Shown here: positions 27,542 through 31,373 of the stretch, piece by piece
Numbering within the stretch: position 1 is the stretch's first letter
Layout: each line of letters opens with the position of its first letter
DNA from: Chromatiales bacterium
GTDB taxonomy: Bacteria; Pseudomonadota; Gammaproteobacteria; UBA6429; Thiohalophilaceae
Reading direction: 5' to 3'
Assembly: GCA_027001895.1 (NCBI GenBank)
Contig: JALTLP010000374.1
Span: 1 to 31,373 of the forward strand
Length of the DNA stretch: 31,373 nt
Position numbers and translations under genes: made by a program
The notes under the pieces: generated by a model
Seen by the model: the letters and a program-made list of their open reading frames with translations, nothing else
What the model was told of the DNA's origin: nothing
Database searches by the model: none

Positions 27542-28519
27542 CTATTTAATTTTTTTCAGATACTTCTTAACAATCTTGCTGCTTAAAGGGATATAGCCAT
27601 CTTTAACGACAACCTTCTGGCCTGTTCTGGAAAGAATCATTTTAATAAATTCATGTTCCAGTGGAGCAAGTGGCTTGTTTGGCTGCTTGTTTACATAAAC
27701 GTAAAGGAAACGGCTTAGCGGGTATTTACCAGACGCTGCATTTTTAGTTGATGCAGCGATAAAAGGTTTGCCTGGCTTTTTGGTTAAGGGCACTGCGCGA
27801 ACCCCAGAGGTTTTATAACCGATACCGGAGTAACCGACACCGTTTAAAGACGTTGTCACTGACTGAACAACAGAAGCTGAACCGGGTTGCTCGTTTACCG
27901 TTGACTTGTAGTCACCTTTGCAAAGTGCTTTTTTCTTGAAGTAACCATAAGTACCTGATACAGAGTTGCGGCCAAAAATTTGTAAAGTACGGTTTTTCCA
28001 TGAGCCTGTCATACCAAGGTCGCCCCAGCTATTAACCTGTTTTTTCAAACCGCATTTGCGTGTGGATGAGAAAATGGCATCTACCTGTGGAATGCTTAAA
28101 CCTTTTATCGGGTTATCTTTGTGTACATAGACGGCTAAAGCATCGATAGCGACGGGAATAGCGGTTGGCTTGTAACCGAATTTCTTTTCAAATGCCTGCA
28201 ATTCCTTATCTTTCATTTTACGGCTCATCGGGCCAAAGTTTGATGTGCCTTCGGTTAAGGCCGGTGGTGCAGTAGATGAACCCGCCGCCTGAATCTGTAC
28301 GTTTACATTCGGGTATAAGCGTTTGAATTCTTCTGCCCAGAGTGTCATCAGGTTTGCCAGGGTATCTGAACCAACGCTGGAAATATTGCCAGAAACACCG
28401 CTTGCTTTGTTGTAAGCCGGGATCTTACTGTCAATTTTTGCCGCTGCCATAGCAGTTGGGGCAAACGCAAGCTGGCTCGAAAGCAGACCAACGGTTGCAA
28501 AGCTTAATAGTTTTTTCAT
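27542..28519 (-). CDS. pstS: Phosphate-binding periplasmic protein PstS
   Basis: Signal peptide, [67 protein letters not shown]. Confidence 0.96.
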   Translation of the reverse strand: MKKLLSFATVGLLSSQLAFAPTAMAAAKIDSKIPAYNKASGVSGNISSVGSDTLANLMTLWAEEFKRLYPNVNVQIQAAGSSTAPPALTEGTSNFGPMSRKMKDKELQAFEKKFGYKPTAIPVAIDALAVYVHKDNPIKGLSIPQVDAIFSSTRKCGLKKQVNSWGDLGMTGSWKNRTLQIFGRNSVSGTYGYFKKKALCKGDYKSTVNEQPGSASVVQSVTTSLNGVGYSGIGYKTSGVRAVPLTKKPGKPFIAASTKNAASGKYPLSRFLYVYVNKQPNKPLAPLEHEFIKMILSRTGQKVVVKDGYIPLSSKIVKKYLKKIK

Positions 28520-28584
28520 TTTTATAACTCCTGTGAAGTCGTTTTATTACAGTATTTAAAATTTATTGCATTTATTTGAAAGTG

Positions 28585-28640
28585 ATTATGCGATGTCTTT
28601 ATGAACTAAAAGTGACATTAATATGACAGTTTTATGAATC
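28585..28640 (-). promoter_or_regulatory. Tandem Pho boxes (four half-sites) and -10 for pstS
   Basis: GATTCAT-AAAA-CTGTCAT-ATTA-ATGTCAC-TTTT-AGTTCAT at 11-nt period (28640-28601), a 10-nt gap, then CATAAT (28590-28585). Confidence 0.8.
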
Positions 28641-29948
28641 CTGTTGGGGATTGCCTTCTTTTATAAGTCGGGTTTCCGGGAAAATACAACTAAACGTACT
28701 GCCAACATTCAGCTCGCTGACGATGTTAAGCCGACCATCATGCCTTTCAAGAATATGTTTAACGATGGCCAGTCCAAGACCGGTGCCACCGGTTGCACGG
28801 GAGCGATCCACGTTAACCCGGTAAAAGCGTTCGGTTAAATGCGGGATATGTTGTTGCGGGATACCTGTTCCGGTATCTTTTACGCTAAACAGTCCCTGGC
28901 CATCGGTAACTTCCCAGCTAATAAGAATCTCACCTTTGTCAGGGGTATAACGTACCGCGTTATTCACCAGGTTTGAAAACAGGCTGTATAACTCTTCATA
29001 GTTACCACGTAAGTTGGTGTCGCTTTTTATATCCAGCGTTATTTGCTGTTGCTTATCACCACTGAGCAGTGTTGCTGACTCTTTTATTGCGGTGAGCAGT
29101 GCGGCAATCTCAACCACGTTGTCATGTTGGTCGGTAGGGCGTGTTTCAAGCTTAGATAACGACAACAAATCACTGACCAATCGTTCCATTCGTTTTGACT
29201 GGTTATACATCGTTTTTGTAATTTTAGTTAATTTTTCAGGATCAGTTGGTGGGTTATCCTTGATTGTTTCGAGATACCCGGAGATAACCGTAATAGGAGA
29301 GCGCAGTTCGTGTGAAGCGTTGGCTACAAAGTTGCTACGCATTTCTTCGAGTTTGTTTATATGGCTAATGTCCCGGCAAATAATAAGTAACTGTTTTTTT
29401 ACGTAAGGAATAATTTGCACGGAAAGCTTTTTAGCCGGGTGCTCAGGGGAAGCAATATGCAATTCCCGACTGTAATCCTTTTTATTTAAATAGCGCATAA
29501 AGGCCGGGTTTCTAAACAGATTGCTAATGGCCTGATTGGCATCCTGAGGATAGCGAATTCCGACCAGAGATTCGGCTGCTTTATTTGACCAGTCGATATG
29601 TTTGTCTTTATTAAGAATAATCATTGCATCCGGCAGCGCCGAAGTGGCTTCCTGAAAGCGGCGGATAGTTTTGTTTAATGCATCTTTGTTCTTATTAATG
29701 GTTTTTTCCATTATGTATAACTGGTGAAAAATTTCACCCCAATAACCTTTACTGTCGGGTAGTTGGGTTTGTTCACGTTTTAACAGCCATTGGTGAAGTC
29801 TGGAAATATTTTTAAAGGTAAAAATAATATAGGAAAATAGAACAACGCTTATAAACAATACTGAAAGGTCGAACAGGTAACCCGCTGCAGCCGCAAGGGC
29901 ACAGTAAAATAGTAAAAACCAGAGTTCACGTTGTAATTGTGGATGCAT
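28632..29948 (-). CDS. phoR: Phosphate regulon sensor kinase PhoR
   Basis: 438 aa, N-terminal TM, PAS-like region, FVANASHELRSP, NLVNNAVRY, ERFYRV..RSRATGGTGLGLAIVKH. Confidence 0.96.
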   Translation of the reverse strand: MHPQLQRELWFLLFYCALAAAAGYLFDLSVLFISVVLFSYIIFTFKNISRLHQWLLKREQTQLPDSKGYWGEIFHQLYIMEKTINKNKDALNKTIRRFQEATSALPDAMIILNKDKHIDWSNKAAESLVGIRYPQDANQAISNLFRNPAFMRYLNKKDYSRELHIASPEHPAKKLSVQIIPYVKKQLLIICRDISHINKLEEMRSNFVANASHELRSPITVISGYLETIKDNPPTDPEKLTKITKTMYNQSKRMERLVSDLLSLSKLETRPTDQHDNVVEIAALLTAIKESATLLSGDKQQQITLDIKSDTNLRGNYEELYSLFSNLVNNAVRYTPDKGEILISWEVTDGQGLFSVKDTGTGIPQQHIPHLTERFYRVNVDRSRATGGTGLGLAIVKHILERHDGRLNIVSELNVGSTFSCIFPETRLIKEGNPQQDS

Positions 29949-30649
29949 TATTGTGTGGACAGCCGGTAGCCAGAACCACGAACCGTCTGGATAAGGTTAT
30001 GGTTATCGGATGGCTCCAGTGCTTTTCTTAAACGTCGAATATGGACATCAACGGTGCGTTCTTCGACATAGACACTGTCACCCCAGACACCGTTGAGTAA
30101 TTGTTCACGGCTGTAAACTCGTTCAGGTGAACGCATAAAAAAAGCCAGCAGGTTGTATTCGGTTGGTCCAAGTTGAATGGTTTGTCCTTTTGATGAGACC
30201 CGGTGTGAGGCATTATCAAGTGTCAGGTTGGCGACGTTAAGGACTTCTGAAGAAGGCGTTGAACTTGTCCGGCGTAGCAAGGCGCGAATACGTGCATGCA
30301 ACTCTTTAGTTGAAAAGGGTTTACTGAGGTAATCATCGGCGCCGCTTTCGAGGCCTTCGAGCATGTTTTCTTCTTCTGTTTTTGCAGTCAGCATGATGAC
30401 AGGGATATGACGGGTTTCATCTTTTTTGCGCAGGCTCTTAACATAGTTAACGCCACTGATACCCGGCATCATCCAGTCGAGCAGGATCAAATCCGGTAGT
30501 TGTTGTTTAATCCAGGCCTCGGCTTTATGTGCATCGCTGGCCTCGATACACTGATAATCATCTTCGAGTGACATCATTATCATTTCACGAATCGCGTGTT
30601 CATCATCGACGATTAGAATCACCGGCTTTTTAAGGTTTGAACTGTTCAT
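29948..30649 (-). CDS. phoB: Phosphate regulon response regulator PhoB
   Basis: ILIVDDE, LLDWMMPG, GADDY..KPFS, GPTEY.LL, EERTVDVHIRRLRK, TVRGSGY. Start set at ATG 30649; upstream TTG 30679 and ATG 30658 fall inside the predicted promoter. Confidence 0.95.
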   Translation of the reverse strand: MNSSNLKKPVILIVDDEHAIREMIMMSLEDDYQCIEASDAHKAEAWIKQQLPDLILLDWMMPGISGVNYVKSLRKKDETRHIPVIMLTAKTEEENMLEGLESGADDYLSKPFSTKELHARIRALLRRTSSTPSSEVLNVANLTLDNASHRVSSKGQTIQLGPTEYNLLAFFMRSPERVYSREQLLNGVWGDSVYVEERTVDVHIRRLRKALEPSDNHNLIQTVRGSGYRLSTQ

Positions 30650-30656
30650 GCTGCCC

Positions 30657-30690
30657 ATTAAAACAGAGGTATATGACAATTTTATTACAA
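30657..30690 (-). promoter_or_regulatory. Pho box and -10 for phoB (autoregulation)
   Basis: TTGTAAT-AAAA-TTGTCAT (30690-30673), a 10-nt gap, then TTTAAT (30662-30657). Confidence 0.75.
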
Positions 30691-30874
30691 TTTATATTTG
30701 CCAGATATAACAAGATGATAATTCTGTAAGCTATGCAGGCACTTGTTGTCTTGATGCCTTTTACGTTCTCGGGTGTCAAATCTGCCGTTGGAAAATCCCT
30801 TGTTTTTCAAAGGCATAGTAAATTCTAATATACTAACGCCATATTTATGACTTTTTACAGAGATATCGCTGAAC

Positions 30875-30887
30875 TAAGTGTTTGATT
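30875..30887. promoter_or_regulatory. IHF-binding consensus match
   Basis: Minus strand AATCAAACACTTA matches WATCAANNNNTTR, about 40 nt upstream of the sigma54-like element. Confidence 0.5.
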
Positions 30888-30923
30888 CCCGGTCTTAAAC
30901 ACTACATATATAAGCAACGACTG

Positions 30924-30940
30924 TTGGTACAGTAACTGCA
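30924..30940 (+). promoter_or_regulatory. Sigma54 (-24/-12) promoter candidate
   Basis: TTGGTACAGTAACTGCA: GG (30926-30927), N10, GC (30938-30939), close to YTGGCACGNNNNTTGCW. Confidence 0.55.
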
Positions 30941-30950
30941 TTATTGAATA

Positions 30951-31024
30951 TGTCATATTTATTATGAATTCTCCTTAGGTTAGGTAAACTTCCGGGCACT
31001 TTCCCTCAAAGTGCCCTTTTTTTT
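30951..31024 (+). ncRNA. Candidate sRNA of about 74 nt
   Basis: Lies between the sigma54-like promoter and an orphan intrinsic terminator, has no plus-strand ORF, and contains anti-SD CTCCTT (30971-30976). Confidence 0.45.
30994..31024 (+). terminator. Intrinsic terminator with no upstream plus-strand coding gene
   Basis: GGGCACTTT-ccctc-AAAGTGCCC followed by 8 T. Confidence 0.85.
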
Positions 31025-31061
31025 AGTGCCAGAAAAATTCTCGCTTGTTACACTCAAATCC

Positions 31062-31373
31062 ATGTCTATTTTAGAATCTAAAACCATTTTTAGTGGTCGC
31101 ATTGTTACGCTTAAACTTGAAAAAGTGCGGTTGCCGGATAATTCTCTGGCCGATTACGAAATGGTTTACCATCGGGGCGGGACGGCGATTGTTGCAATCA
31201 ATGAAAATAATGAAGTTTGTTTATTAAAACATTATCGACCCGCAGTGCAGGACTGGGTATGGGAAATTCCAGCCGGTATGTTAGAAAAGGACGATGCTTC
31301 AACGCTGGCACGGGCACAAACAGAGTTGCAGGAAGAAACCGGCTTTAGAGCCGCTAAATGGCAGGCGCTGGGT
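31062..31373 (+). CDS. Nudix hydrolase, ADP-ribose pyrophosphatase (NudF-like), partial (runs off window)
   Basis: Translated by hand (not in the ORF track): MSILESKTIFSGRIVTLKLEKVRLPDNSLADYEMVYHRGGTAIVAINENNEVCLLKHYRPAVQDWVWEIPAGMLEKDDASTLARAQTELQEETGFRAAKWQALG. Confidence 0.85.
   Translation, partial: MSILESKTIFSGRIVTLKLEKVRLPDNSLADYEMVYHRGGTAIVAINENNEVCLLKHYRPAVQDWVWEIPAGMLEKDDASTLARAQTELQEETGFRAAKWQALG

Noticed and set aside
27372-27596. 74-aa plus-strand ORF in the pstC-pstS gap
   Set aside because: Runs through the pstS terminator and antisense into pstS, with no RBS or motif.
216-30219. The many 60-180 aa ORFs nested in or antisense to the long genes (e.g. 3479-4024, 5087-5551, 16008-16490, 29014-29406)
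   Set aside because: They overlap genes with clear family motifs, show no recognisable domains, and look like shadow frames.
30855-30956. 33-aa minus-strand ORF (MTYSIMQLLYQQSLLIYVVFKTGNQTLSSAISL) downstream of AAGGAG, an alternative explanation for the CTCCTT motif
   Set aside because: The SD is 14 nt from the ATG (too far), the ORF runs across the sigma54 and IHF sites, and the terminator polarity is plus-strand. Not fully excluded.
1-31373. CRISPR array, tandem repeats, IS ends or known riboswitches
   Set aside because: No regularly spaced repeats, terminal inverted repeats around a transposase, or recognisable riboswitch consensus were found by eye.

Overview
Chromosomal, gene-dense segment, most likely from a gammaproteobacterium (inferred from the pho/pst architecture, tmcA, PilZ and tRNA sequence); the YeeE transporter and exported rhodanese hint at a sulfur-metabolising host. 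No integrase, transposase, phage gene or CRISPR array was seen. In order: the end of a tripartite tricarboxylate transporter operon (tctC end, tctB, tctA) with a 795-aa PHP-like metallohydrolase of unknown function; a YeeE/YedE transporter with a ModA-like binding-fold protein lacking a signal peptide; elongator tRNA-Met; a minus-strand cluster of cytochrome b, SHP-like cytochrome c, diheme cytochrome c, PepSY protein and a BqsRS/CarRS-like two-component system; tmcA; DUF411 (CopG-like) and TVP38/TMEM64 genes; an exported tandem rhodanese and a membrane GGDEF-EAL protein; an RfnT-like MFS divergent from an orphan HemN-like radical SAM enzyme; a class I glutamine amidotransferase; PilZ; phoB-phoR-pstS-pstC-pstA-pstB-phoU with three Pho-box promoters; and the start of a NudF-like Nudix gene. 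The most unusual signals are non-coding: a candidate sigma54/IHF-dependent sRNA of about 74 nt with an anti-Shine-Dalgarno motif (about 30951-31024), promoter geometry implying leaderless phoB, pstC and nudF mRNAs, and an attenuator-like leader before tRNA-Met. All family calls come from motif recognition and recall; no database search was run.
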